Below, one piece after another: positions 1 through 10,314 of a DNA stretch of 64,000 nucleotides (position 1 is the stretch's first letter; every line of letters begins with the position of its first letter). The notes below the pieces were generated by a model that was not told the DNA's origin, did not search any database, and worked only from the letters and a program-made list of their open reading frames with translations. Location of the stretch: NCBI GenBank assembly GCA_946965045.2, contig OX337242.1:1426001-1490000 (forward strand), given 5' to 3'. The position numbers were made by a program, and so were the translations under genes. This DNA comes from Epithemia pelagica. Its lineage: Eukaryota; Protista; Bacillariophyta.

Positions 1-503
1 CTCATTTTTTAAGACCGATTCGGAACAGGCTTGTCATACAGCGAGCGTGCACCCGTACTCTTGAACCGAGACTAAGTGATTGTACAGAGACTACGAGTAC
101 TCATATCGTATATGTATTGTAAGAGTGCGCGTGTGCCCGCGTGACGACCGTCTCATTTTTTGTTCCCGTTCATCCCTCATGTTTCTGTGTTTTGCCCAGA
201 GTCGGTGAAGATGATGAGAGTCTCGTTCTTGTCCCAACGCATATGGTAGATTGTACCTACCCGAAGCGATCCTCCATTTTCTCTTCTGTACCAACCCACG
301 GACTCTCCGTCGTTGCTCTGACGTCCTGGGCCTGCCATCGGCATATTACTCTAAGAACTAGAAACCGTTGAAAACCCCAAAAGATCTATGCTACTTCGGG
401 AAAAATATAGAATCCGTAACATGATAGGGATCAGTGTCGCCTTTTGGTCTCGGTTGTTCGCAAGAGATGAACACGATACCAATAGTTTTATCATGGCATG
501 ACT

Positions 504-1631
504 TTAGTCAAAGAACTCAGCGTATTTTTGCTCGTAAATGACGGTCTTTCGAGGACAATGGCCTTGCACCACACGATGTACTGTCGCACTTGGCAAACCA
601 GCAGCCATCTGCAAGGCTTTTCCTGCAAATAAGAGGAGCTGACATTGATTTGGTTCGTCTGGCAAAAGTGGACTGTTTGGACCATCGCACTCGAGCCATT
701 TGCCCTTGTGCCATAGTTGCAAACCACGCGAAAAGGGCCAAATAAAGGGTTCAACCACGCACAAGGATGGATCCACGTGCGCCTTTACTGCGATTGGTGT
801 CGTATCATCCGGTTGCTGGAGTGTGGGACTTTTCTCGTCGGAAGGGGGAAGCGCCGTTTCATTGAAATAATGCATGGCATAAAACACAGAAAAGTCTCCG
901 GACCGGTCTCGAATGGACCCTGGAGGTAATTCAAAGTAAGCTGCCTGATGCTTGGTCGTTCCGTTAGCTGTACTTTTGGGAGACCAAGAAGAAGCATACG
1001 AATACGGTCGTTTCCGTCTCCTCACTACACCTGGTGGTGTGGATTGATTGCTCATGCCGTTATCCCCCAATGTACCCGTCATATTTTCACAATGCTTCAA
1101 TACCAAGTCCAGCACGGCATCCGTCAAATGTCGCAGGAGGGCCATGCTTTGCAAGAACAGTGTGCGTTGTTCGCGAGACACAAACTTGACTTCATCCGGA
1201 TCCAAACCACCTGCAAGTCGTACAATTTCTCGAATCTGGTCTTCTGTTCTTTCGTATCCCAATCGATACATGGGAACATCTCGTTCTGAAACATAGATCA
1301 TGTTGGATGTCATGCGTTCCGCGTGTGTAGGGAACAATTGCTCTCCTTTTATATGAGACCAAAGATTTGTCAAGATTTGACCTGGTTTAGATTCTGTAGG
1401 ACATGTGATTAGGAATGCTCCATGTTCACAGAGAGCACGGTGCAGATCTTTCGCTAGGGATTTGACAATTTCTCTTTCGCAGCCTTGATAGAGGAGTGCG
1501 TTGTGACATAGGAAAATTTCATTCAATGCGAATGAGGGAAGAATCGGAACGTTTCCTTGGCCTTTTGGGGCGCTATGTTGTAGAGGCGACAATACAGAGA
1601 AGCGTGATGTTGGTTGAAGGGAAACAGACAT
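504..1631 (-). CDS. 2-oxoglutarate/Fe(II)-dependent oxygenase (isopenicillin N synthase-like fold)
   Basis: ORF contains HxD (KAHVDPS), a distal His (SATVHRVV) and a following Arg (PRKT). First true ATG is at 1631 (the track start is TTG). A further 5' exon around 1689-1886 cannot be excluded. Confidence 0.7.
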   Translation of the reverse strand: MSVSLQPTSRFSVLSPLQHSAPKGQGNVPILPSFALNEIFLCHNALLYQGCEREIVKSLAKDLHRALCEHGAFLITCPTESKPGQILTNLWSHIKGEQLFPTHAERMTSNMIYVSERDVPMYRLGYERTEDQIREIVRLAGGLDPDEVKFVSREQRTLFLQSMALLRHLTDAVLDLVLKHCENMTGTLGDNGMSNQSTPPGVVRRRKRPYSYASSWSPKSTANGTTKHQAAYFELPPGSIRDRSGDFSVFYAMHYFNETALPPSDEKSPTLQQPDDTTPIAVKAHVDPSLCVVEPFIWPFSRGLQLWHKGKWLECDGPNSPLLPDEPNQCQLLLFAGKALQMAAGLPSATVHRVVQGHCPRKTVIYEQKYAEFFD

Positions 1632-2210
1632 CTCCTGGTGCCCCTTCAAAGAGCATGGTAGGAGGTTGGTTCAAAAGGGGGTTTTGTTCTATTTGTTGGG
1701 TGGTTGTGTGAGGGGTACCTGTTCAAATTGCTGTCCAGGGAACGGAAGTGAATCCATCCAGCTCTTCGCCGCAGTCAGTCGAAACGACCAACGCATATTC
1801 TCGCGGAGTCCCGGAGAGCTTTCCATTGTCATCACAGGTTTGGTTGACTTGCGTTTGACCGTGGTCAATCGGAATAGTACATACATAGAGATTCTATACG
1901 AGTACAGTCAATGAGAACTTTGCGCACGCGAGAGGCAGCGCTTTCCTGACATGGCAACGAATGAAGATCCGAGGCATGGGTAAAAACTAATTCATTCCCC
2001 TCTAGCTAGAGAGAGCTACTCATAGATACCTCTAGAGCTAGCTAGACTAGAGGTAGCATTCCGTAATGTGGGAGCACGCAAACGCGCGTGTCGACGATTG
2101 CAGATTTCTTTCTTTCCTGCTCTCATCACATCAGCAACGGCAACGGCCTCCTTCAACATCGGTGGTCTTGTTATCTTTGTTTTGTATTTTATATTGTTTG
2201 ACTGATCATT

Positions 2211-2865
2211 ATGACGACACCATTGAGCATGGGTGGACTTAGCACTCTCTTGTACTTTTTGTGTATGCTTTGTCGAAGTGGGGCGTTCACTGTGGTGGTC
2301 AACCATTGCGAAAGAATAACTGCAGCACCGATGACCTTACCTGTTGGATTTGGATCGGCATCGCGTCGTTTCAGCAGTCCTACCGACGATGCGTCACCGA
2401 CAACCACAGCCGAAAAAGAAAACGGGGAAGAAGCTTGGTATGAAATACCAGAAGATGCCGTCATTCAAATTCGCCCCAACGCCATGAGGCGATTGGATGA
2501 ACTACGAGATCAACAGAAAAAGGACGACCTTTACCTGCGTATGGGAGTGAAAAGCGGCGGTTGTTCTGGAATGTCCTATGTCATGGATTTCTGTGAAGAA
2601 GAAGACGTGACGGAAGATGATGTGGTGGATGAGTATGAGAGCGTCAAATGTGTGGTGGATCCAAAATCGGTCCTTTACTTGTACGGGTTGGAACTGGATT
2701 ATTCAAGCGAACTGATTGGAGGTGGATTCAAGGTAAGGATCCTGCAGATGCACACGACACATGCCACCATGGTGTCGACACAGAACTAACACATTTTTGC
2801 TTAATCAGTTCTTTAACCCCAATGCGGAAGAATCTTGTGGATGTGGATCAAGTTTTGGAATATGA
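2211..2865 (+). CDS. HesB/IscA/SufA-type Fe-S cluster assembly A-type carrier, probably plastid-targeted; 2 exons (2211-2732, 2809-2865)
   Basis: LRMGVKSGGCSGMSY motif. Intron 2733-2808 (GTAAG...CTAAC...CAG) joins to FFNPNAEESCGCGSSF with the CGCG motif. The N-terminus has a signal peptide followed by GAF, resembling the diatom ASAFAP motif. Confidence 0.92.
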
Positions 2866-2973
2866 TTTGGTTTCATGTTTGTTCTGTAGATAGTTAGTAA
2901 CATCCATGTAATCGATACTTATAAAACAAGCAGCTACTGATCTGGTTCACCATACTAATATTGTGCATGTTCT

Positions 2974-4257
2974 TCATGATTCGCTGGTGGACGGGTAGCA
3001 ACTCGTATGCCACTTGTCGGCACAAAGTAAAGCCACAATCACAGCCAAAAGGGCCGAAACAAGCTTCCAAAACTGCGCGGACGCTTCCGCCGTTTTTGTC
3101 ACTGTTCCTGTTCCACTGGATGTTGGCTTCTGCTGTTTTTCCTTTCTCAACAACCTGGCTTGATTTGCCCGTTCTTTCGACCAGGGTTGCAGCTGGTTGT
3201 AGATATCATTGATCGAAGTGTGGCCATGTTCGGACAACCATTCTCTGGTTTCTTTGGCGATACGATCAAAGCAAGACGGACCTTCCTTCCAGTGGACTGT
3301 GCCGATCTGTACTGCCTTGGCACCGGCCAATACCATGGCAATCACGTCTTCCCCGGTCTCGATACCCCCAACGCCCACAATATCAATGCTTGGGGCTAAA
3401 CATTGTCGAAGCTTGCGAATATTGGCCAAAGCAGTCGCTTTCAGAGCCCTTCCGGACATGCCAGCCATGCCCGCATTAGCCAAGATATAAGGTTGCTGGA
3501 CACTAAGATCAATCGGTAAGGCATTCCCCAATGTGTTAATGCACGTGATGTACGACAACAAGCTACCTGCATACTGATTCAGCACGTCCGCTACAATTTG
3601 AAGCTGTGTCATATCAAGGTAGGGAGGCAATTTCACACCCAATGGTGGCATCTTCAGAGAGCTCCCCGACTGAAAGTAGGAGCCAAAAACTTGGGATATG
3701 CGTTTCAATACATCTTGCAGTTGCTCCATGTCATAGGCCAAAATGGGTTTCCCAATAATGTTTGGACAAGCCAAGTTCAATTCAATGGCGGAAACATAGG
3801 ACAGGGCTTCTGTGGACAAACCAGCGATTCGTTGAAGCATCACAAGATTGTCTTCCAGAGTTTTCCCAGACAAGCTCACAATATACGGCTTGCGCTGCTT
3901 CGTAGTGGTGGTCATGGCTCCTTCGGTGCCATCACCATCTTTCGTTTCTCCCAAGATCTCCTTGATATTATCCACGTTGATATAGTAGTCGATACCTTGA
4001 TTAGGAAGGCCTTCACAGTTGTACGAAGTGGCTGTGGTTTCATCGTGATAGATTCGGGGCTGTGGATTTCCCGTCTGGCTTTCTAGTGTGGCCGATTTGC
4101 TCAAAACCGCGCCCGTGCTTTGCGAAGCTGTCACTCGCTTCAAAGCTTCGACGGTGCCACTGCGGGGACCGGAAGCATTGTACAAGCAACTGGGGAAGAC
4201 AACTCCCGCTACGACCGTGGACAGATCAATGTCTGCTAAATTGGTCCCTTTCGCCAT
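2974..4257 (-). CDS. pyrD: Class 1A-type dihydroorotate dehydrogenase with a C-terminal hydrophobic tail
   Basis: NASG, SKSAT, N-x-x-GLPN, ELNLACPNIIGKP (catalytic Cys), GVKLPPY, INTLGN, GMSG, GVGGI and VQIGT motifs. True ATG at 4257. Confidence 0.85.
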   Translation of the reverse strand: MAKGTNLADIDLSTVVAGVVFPSCLYNASGPRSGTVEALKRVTASQSTGAVLSKSATLESQTGNPQPRIYHDETTATSYNCEGLPNQGIDYYINVDNIKEILGETKDGDGTEGAMTTTTKQRKPYIVSLSGKTLEDNLVMLQRIAGLSTEALSYVSAIELNLACPNIIGKPILAYDMEQLQDVLKRISQVFGSYFQSGSSLKMPPLGVKLPPYLDMTQLQIVADVLNQYAGSLLSYITCINTLGNALPIDLSVQQPYILANAGMAGMSGRALKATALANIRKLRQCLAPSIDIVGVGGIETGEDVIAMVLAGAKAVQIGTVHWKEGPSCFDRIAKETREWLSEHGHTSINDIYNQLQPWSKERANQARLLRKEKQQKPTSSGTGTVTKTAEASAQFWKLVSALLAVIVALLCADKWHTSCYPSTSES

Positions 4258-5075
4258 AGTCTGTCGTCTCGCTCTGATCGACACAAGAGATATCTATCAC
4301 CCTGGTGGTGTCGAAATGAGATCCTTGTTACGGATTCACTGATGGCAAATTGAAGGACAGAACTCTTCTCGTCCAATCAAAGACGCGCAAGAGGCAAGTG
4401 TCACGCCGCTCGACGGACGGACGGATGAGCTCCTGCAGCTACCTACACCAGCCATGTAGCCAGCAGCTAGAGGTGGTAGGAATAGCGATGTGTGGGATTA
4501 CGCGTTCAGGACAACAGAAAAGGATAATTCGTTTTGATTTCGACATACAAAGTCCTTTCATAGATTTCATTTACATGTTCACGTCATGCTGCTAAGCGAG
4601 GATCGCCCTTATCCACCAGGCAACCATACATACACACTTTGAGGTATCAGACTCTTCAAGAGTCCGCAAATCTATCCACGACCATGTAGTGGCCTTGGTG
4701 TTCTTCTCCAGATGTTTCACCAAGTAACCCTGGGCATATCAAGAGCGTTCCAATTCTTCTTTTCGTCGGATATTCTTTGTGTCCAAGTGCCACTGCCGTA
4801 ACCCCCGTTTGCTGCGTACATTGGCAATCACCATGCGCTCGTGCATTTTGAAAGCCTCAAGGCGCAGTTCTCCCATCCCCTTGTCCCCAATCAGCTTTCT
4901 CAGGGCGAGAACTCCGATATCGTTGATACACTGTCTTTTAACACGGATGTCTTGACCACTTGCTCCGGCGCCGAGGGAGCCATCGAGATCTGTGATAGCT
5001 CGATTCCTCTGCAAAAACAAACGTGTTACATATAGCGCAGAGAGATGCACATGCTTGACTGTCACCATGAGCCGA

Positions 5076-6860
5076 TCAGCCATAATCTAGATACGATCTG
5101 TAGGCTGCTCTCTCTTCTCTTTCCATGGCGTTCCTGGAGAATGGTGGTCTCCTGGTATAGTATACCGAATGTGTGCGTTCTGGCGGTTCTGATTCATCTC
5201 GAGAATGCATCAAATTGTGCGATTCATCCTCCATAGGAAAAGAGCCTAATAAAAATGCCGGATTGCGAGTGTCTTTGGGTTTGGCAGTAGCCACACCGTG
5301 TATTCTCCATAAGAAAGCCAAAAGACCCAAAAGGCCGACTACGATTCCTGAAACGCATACCAGAACCAATCCCATCCCTCTTTTTGATTCATTCTCCTTG
5401 TTCGACATCGTGGTGGAAGTTGATGTGTCATTCATTTCTGTTGGGGAATCACTTGCTGTAGGCATCTCTGCACGAGAGGGGGAGAGAGACTGGATACTGA
5501 TTTCTTGCGATGGCGATGGTTGATGCATAATCTCCTGATATCCAGACGGTGCCGAAGGTGAATACGCGAAGGGCGATACAAGCGATTTAAACGGTGGTTG
5601 TGATGGATCAATCAAAACTCCATTTGTTTGTTGACGTAAACCCTCAATGGGAGAATAGGAAACCGACAAAGTTGTTGAAAACGGGTTGTTCCCTGCAAGT
5701 GACCTGAGCTCCGTGATCAATGAGTCCACTGCTGGCTGTGACAAGGATTGCTCAATCAACTGATCCAATTCTGCACTGTCAGGAATGCTTTGAGAGTTAC
5801 CCGCAAAAAGGGCCGCAAAGTCAAAATCTATTGTCACCGGATCGACTCCTGTGCTAGTCTGCAGTCCAACTTTCCCAAGGTAGGTAGTTTCAGGTATGGA
5901 GGCAAAAGTCAATGCCAAAAACAGATCAATGTGCGCCAACGTGGCATCTCCCGCTTCTGTAAAATCGTCCGAGGACGGGTCTGTATCAGTAATTCCAAGG
6001 GTGTAGAGTACCTCAAATGGAGATGCCTGCACAACACGAGACGTGAAAGGTGGGCTTGTCGAAGGATTTACAGAGGGTGAAGGAGAACCTGTGGGATGTG
6101 AGGAAGGGAATATAGATGGTGTCGAGGACGGTCTCTGGGAAGGAAAAATCGAAGGATTTCTAGTAGGACCGGGAGTCGGCTTGAGTGATGGCAAAGACGA
6201 AGGATTGGCCGTTGGAGTCGTTGTTGGGCTTACACTTGGTGACACTGTGGACGTTGGAAAAGGGGATGGTGCGCTGCTCTGCGTTGGAGGAGCACTTGCT
6301 GTTGGGTCCGCAGTTGGTGCTTCCGTTGGTGATACTTTGGATGGTTTTCGGGTTGGTGCTGGAACACCTTTTCCCTTGGTGTTGGTAGGTACTCTTTTAC
6401 CTTTACCAAACACAGCTTTAAATCCATGGTACCCCTTGGAAATCCTAACCCTTTTCTTGTTTTCTTTCGACATTTTCTTTGAACTTTTCGATGATGACCC
6501 TTTTCCTTTCCTTGGTCCTTTTCTCGGGACCCCAAACCCTTTGGTCTCTGGTCTGGTACCCTTAGAAACCGGAGCATACCCCCTTCCGGTTTCCTTACTA
6601 GGTGAATACCGAAACTTTGACGATTTGCCCGGTGGCGATACAGGTCTCTGCATGACCCTCTGTATAGGAGACTTTACCGGCCATCTTTGTCTTTGTCTGT
6701 CATTGACAAACAAATCGGAGGAGCTGTGGCTGGGTGAAAACTGGTGTCTTTTTGCAGGGTTTCTAGAATTGTCGCGAGAGAAGACGAACACGTCCCCACG
6801 TGATTTTGACAAGGCTTTACGCGGCACCATAAAGACGAGAATGAATGTGCACAACTTCAT
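5076..6860 (-). CDS. Secreted/type-I membrane protein, paralog 1 (signal peptide, K/G-rich, P/T/S-rich stalk, conserved ~125-aa domain, TM, tail)
   Basis: Long ORF. Hydrophobic N-terminus MKLCTFILVF, KGKG and KSSK motifs, PTxxPS repeats, TM GLVLVCVSGIVVGLLGLLAFLW. Confidence 0.85.
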   Translation of the reverse strand: MKLCTFILVFMVPRKALSKSRGDVFVFSRDNSRNPAKRHQFSPSHSSSDLFVNDRQRQRWPVKSPIQRVMQRPVSPPGKSSKFRYSPSKETGRGYAPVSKGTRPETKGFGVPRKGPRKGKGSSSKSSKKMSKENKKRVRISKGYHGFKAVFGKGKRVPTNTKGKGVPAPTRKPSKVSPTEAPTADPTASAPPTQSSAPSPFPTSTVSPSVSPTTTPTANPSSLPSLKPTPGPTRNPSIFPSQRPSSTPSIFPSSHPTGSPSPSVNPSTSPPFTSRVVQASPFEVLYTLGITDTDPSSDDFTEAGDATLAHIDLFLALTFASIPETTYLGKVGLQTSTGVDPVTIDFDFAALFAGNSQSIPDSAELDQLIEQSLSQPAVDSLITELRSLAGNNPFSTTLSVSYSPIEGLRQQTNGVLIDPSQPPFKSLVSPFAYSPSAPSGYQEIMHQPSPSQEISIQSLSPSRAEMPTASDSPTEMNDTSTSTTMSNKENESKRGMGLVLVCVSGIVVGLLGLLAFLWRIHGVATAKPKDTRNPAFLLGSFPMEDESHNLMHSRDESEPPERTHSVYYTRRPPFSRNAMEREERAAYRSYLDYG

Positions 6861-7831
6861 CTCGCAGTCCAAAGTGAAGACAATACAACTTCCAGTCAAT
6901 GATTTTCTTTGCCCTCGATGATGATATTGTCCTCTAGGTGGTTATGTGTGATTCGTCCAATGTCGAAGTAGTCCCCACGGCAGTCGACACCATCATGGTG
7001 AAATCGCAAACAGATCAACTTCCGATTTTCAGTGATTGGTCGAAACCCGACTCGCGATTTTGCTTTGTCTTTGATATTTTTCAGAAATACATCCGTTGGG
7101 AAACCCAAGGATCGTTTCACAGGATCCGGCACGGGTCTTGGCGACGAAAGCCACGTCATGAAACAGAAATCGCTATGCAAACCCATCAATAGCATGGACA
7201 ACCTTTTCGTACTAGGTAGCAGCATCATGTTTCCCTTTTCCAGGGATGTCGATGATATTGTCCATTGTTCATCACCATTTGAGAGAAGCCGAACGTTATT
7301 ATAGCTACTTTATGGTTAAGGACTATAAACGCGCGACCAAATTCATTCCCCATTCCCGACAGGACTCACAGATCACAGATAGCTACCGCAGTTGTGATCT
7401 GTACGGGCACCATGATCATGATCTCGTTTCGGTAGATAGCTCATCGCATGTCTTTAGACAGCAATAATGTGCTCTTTCTCTCATCGACATCAGACCGAAT
7501 CAAACCGAATCAAACCTGGTCCACTGGGCGATATATTATGGCCCCATACATTGTATCAAGCAATTGGGGACATCTTGCAGAGGTTTGCTTGAGAAACCAC
7601 TTTGAGAACACTGTGACAAGACCAGTTCACTGCAGCACGGTCTTGCCTTGGTTACCAGTCACTTCATCTCGTCTCATCTCAGATATCAGCCGTGAGGATC
7701 CATATGGTCCCAACAACCAGTAGTTGGTGCCCGTGGTGTCGACAGCAAGCGGGAATGGTATGGAAAGAAGTCCCTATGGCCTGTCTCACAGCAAAACAAT
7801 CCTCAGGTGGCGGGGAAGCGCAAAATTCTCT

Positions 7832-9685
7832 TCACCAAAAGTCCTCTGATTGACTTTGTTTGATCTCATCGTCATCAGAGATTGCTGACCGTATTGTTGG
7901 TATCCTTCTCTCTGAATAATCCTCATCCACGGAAGAGATGCTTCTTGCTTCAGAGTCTTGCTGGTATTGCGTATTGACAGATGATCCGTTGTCTGGGTCG
8001 TCGGACAATAAAGGAGCTGCCTGGGAGATGTTGCGAGATGGCATCTGAGAGAAGTGTCCCTTCATTCTCATTACTACAAGACCAATCGTACCAATAAGAA
8101 TCCCGGCAGCGCAAACCCCTGCTAATCCTTCCAACACTGATATTCCACTGTCGTGGTTGGAGGAGTTGGTCTTCAAATCAGGGGAAATTGTTGAGTCACC
8201 CGAGTTAGCAAGAATATTTTCACCGGGAGTTGAGGTGGGAGCAAATGTGACAGCCTGTTGAACGGATGCACCAAACTTAAAATAAGAAACATCTGTTGTG
8301 GTGGAGAAAGGGTTGTTTGACGGAAGCGCTCGAAGCTTGTCAATCAAATCGTCCACTGTTGGTTGGGACATAGATTGCTCAATAAGTTGGTCCAATTCCA
8401 TTGGAAGAGGTACCGTTTGGGAACCGCCTCCAAAAATAGCAGTAAAGTCAAAATCAATCGAAACCGGGTTGTCGGTTTCGCTTGTTGGGAAGGAGACTTG
8501 TCCAAGGTAACTTGTCTCGGGTATACTCGCGAAGATTGTTGCCATGAACTGATCAATGTGATCTAGTGTGAGATCAGAGGCGGCCGCATAATCTACCGAA
8601 GTAGGTTCTACACCAGTCTCAAGTGTGTAAATTGCTCCAAAGGGTGAAGCTTGAACAATTTGTGAAGGTGACGTCGGTGAAGAAGTAGCCGAGGGCGTAG
8701 CTTCTGTCGGAAATGACGAGGGACTCGAAGACGGCAGTATGGATGGAGACAATGTGGGTAATTGTGCAGGGGACGAGGAAGGCGTTCTTGTAGGAGGTCT
8801 TGACGGCGCCACGGTTGGTGATGATGAAGGACGACTAGTTGAAATTGGTTGAGATGGCCGTGTCGTCGGCTGAGACGTAGTCGATGGTTGCTTTGTTGAA
8901 GGCTCTGGACTTGTCGGAACTTTGGTCGGTGACGTCGACGGAACATTGCTTGGAGTTTGGCTCGTCGTCTCTCGAGTGGGGAAGGCACTCGGTGTACTGG
9001 TTTGGTCGGTAGGAGTCGTAGAAGGCCTTGAAGATGGAATCGGACTTGGGATTCCTGATTGCTCTTTTGAGGGACTTACGGTTGGACTGACTGTCGGACG
9101 AAAAGCTGGCGTGGGAAAGAAAGTTGGATTGAGAGTTTTTGTTGGAGGTCGTGTTGGTTTCGCCGAACTTGACCTTGATGGAGCAATGGTTGGCTTTCCG
9201 ATCACTTTCTCATCATGTCCCTTCCCTTTCAATCCCTGTCCTTTGCCTTTTACATATGACGGAGCCCCCTTGTTGCTGAACATTGGCTTCCAGTTTTTGC
9301 CTTTGCCCTTGGGCGGAGATCCTTTACCCTTTCTACTGGGCACCACGAAAATGTCGTCGTGATGTTTGCGATAGCCGTGGTCCGGACTGATCCGACTCTT
9401 TTGTGACTCCTTTGTTGACTTTGATTCTTCGTAGACAAAAAGGTCTGAATGTTTGTACTTTGATTGCTTTTGTGATTTTGAATGTTTTTGTGGCTTTGTA
9501 GATTGGGAATTCGTTGCATATGAAGCCACTGAACTCACCAAGTCTCGTTGCACATTTCGTTCCATGGCAGGAGTAGGCCCTGTTGACTTCATGTATTGGG
9601 ACAAAAAGGGATCACCGCTGTTTCTGGTTTCTGCTGGGTTTGGATGTATCGAAAGCAAAACGACCAGTAGAAGCCACTTCATCAT
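7832..9685 (-). CDS. Secreted/type-I membrane protein, paralog 2
   Basis: 617-aa ORF with signal peptide MMKWLLLVVLLS, KGKG motifs and a PTS-rich stalk. Its juxtamembrane domain is clearly homologous to paralog 1 (QASPF...ELDQLIEQS...NNPFSTT), followed by a TM helix. Confidence 0.88.
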   Translation of the reverse strand: MMKWLLLVVLLSIHPNPAETRNSGDPFLSQYMKSTGPTPAMERNVQRDLVSSVASYATNSQSTKPQKHSKSQKQSKYKHSDLFVYEESKSTKESQKSRISPDHGYRKHHDDIFVVPSRKGKGSPPKGKGKNWKPMFSNKGAPSYVKGKGQGLKGKGHDEKVIGKPTIAPSRSSSAKPTRPPTKTLNPTFFPTPAFRPTVSPTVSPSKEQSGIPSPIPSSRPSTTPTDQTSTPSAFPTRETTSQTPSNVPSTSPTKVPTSPEPSTKQPSTTSQPTTRPSQPISTSRPSSSPTVAPSRPPTRTPSSSPAQLPTLSPSILPSSSPSSFPTEATPSATSSPTSPSQIVQASPFGAIYTLETGVEPTSVDYAAASDLTLDHIDQFMATIFASIPETSYLGQVSFPTSETDNPVSIDFDFTAIFGGGSQTVPLPMELDQLIEQSMSQPTVDDLIDKLRALPSNNPFSTTTDVSYFKFGASVQQAVTFAPTSTPGENILANSGDSTISPDLKTNSSNHDSGISVLEGLAGVCAAGILIGTIGLVVMRMKGHFSQMPSRNISQAAPLLSDDPDNGSSVNTQYQQDSEARSISSVDEDYSERRIPTIRSAISDDDEIKQSQSEDFW

Positions 9686-10314
9686 TGGCGATCGAAAAGA
9701 TGGGGTTCGGAGTGTATCACCCCATGCAAGTGACGGAGGTATCGCAGCTCGCTAGAATTGTCGAAAGATCAATGGCAGATATACTTTGGCTTCATAGACA
9801 TGTTTCCATGACGAGACTTCGTGGGATATTTGTTAGGAGTATACTATTATTCATGAGGACAAACGACGCTGTTTGGTTTTCGAAGCGTAGGTCGGCCAGC
9901 GCCATGGTGATCAAAATTCCATCCGTTGGATGTGATTCTTATTACATGATCGGGTTTTAGTCATGATTATTCTTGGTTCGAAATATTTAGTCTTGATCAA
10001 AGGATACGAAAAACCACCTATCGTCTCATTCTTGTCCCGATCTGCCTTCAATAATGAACATCCTGCTTCTACCATACCTAACCCCTAACATACAAATGGA
10101 GTAGACCTTTCGACAATCGACAGAGTAGAGATGATTTCTTAATTCGCTTTAAAGAGAGTATGAGCGATTCCACAACGGTTCCGTTTTTCAGTTTCCCCGA
10201 CCCGAAGCTTTGTGGCTAGACCGCAAGAATCAAATCTATTTTCGCTGGCCCTCGCTGTCGAACCCAGTAAAAGTCGTACCAAAGTAGTGCCCCAACCTCC
10301 GCGTCATCTTGTCA

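Noticed and set aside
1-490. Short ORFs at the window start
   Set aside because: No recognisable motif or consistent exon structure.
4739-5083. 114-aa minus-strand ORF
   Set aside because: Overlaps the stop and 3' UTR of the upstream membrane-protein gene; no domain recognised.
6043-6921. 292-aa Gly/Val-rich plus-strand ORF (and similar ones at 8922-9362 and 12852-13277)
   Set aside because: Antisense shadows of Pro/Thr/Ser/Lys-rich coding sequence.
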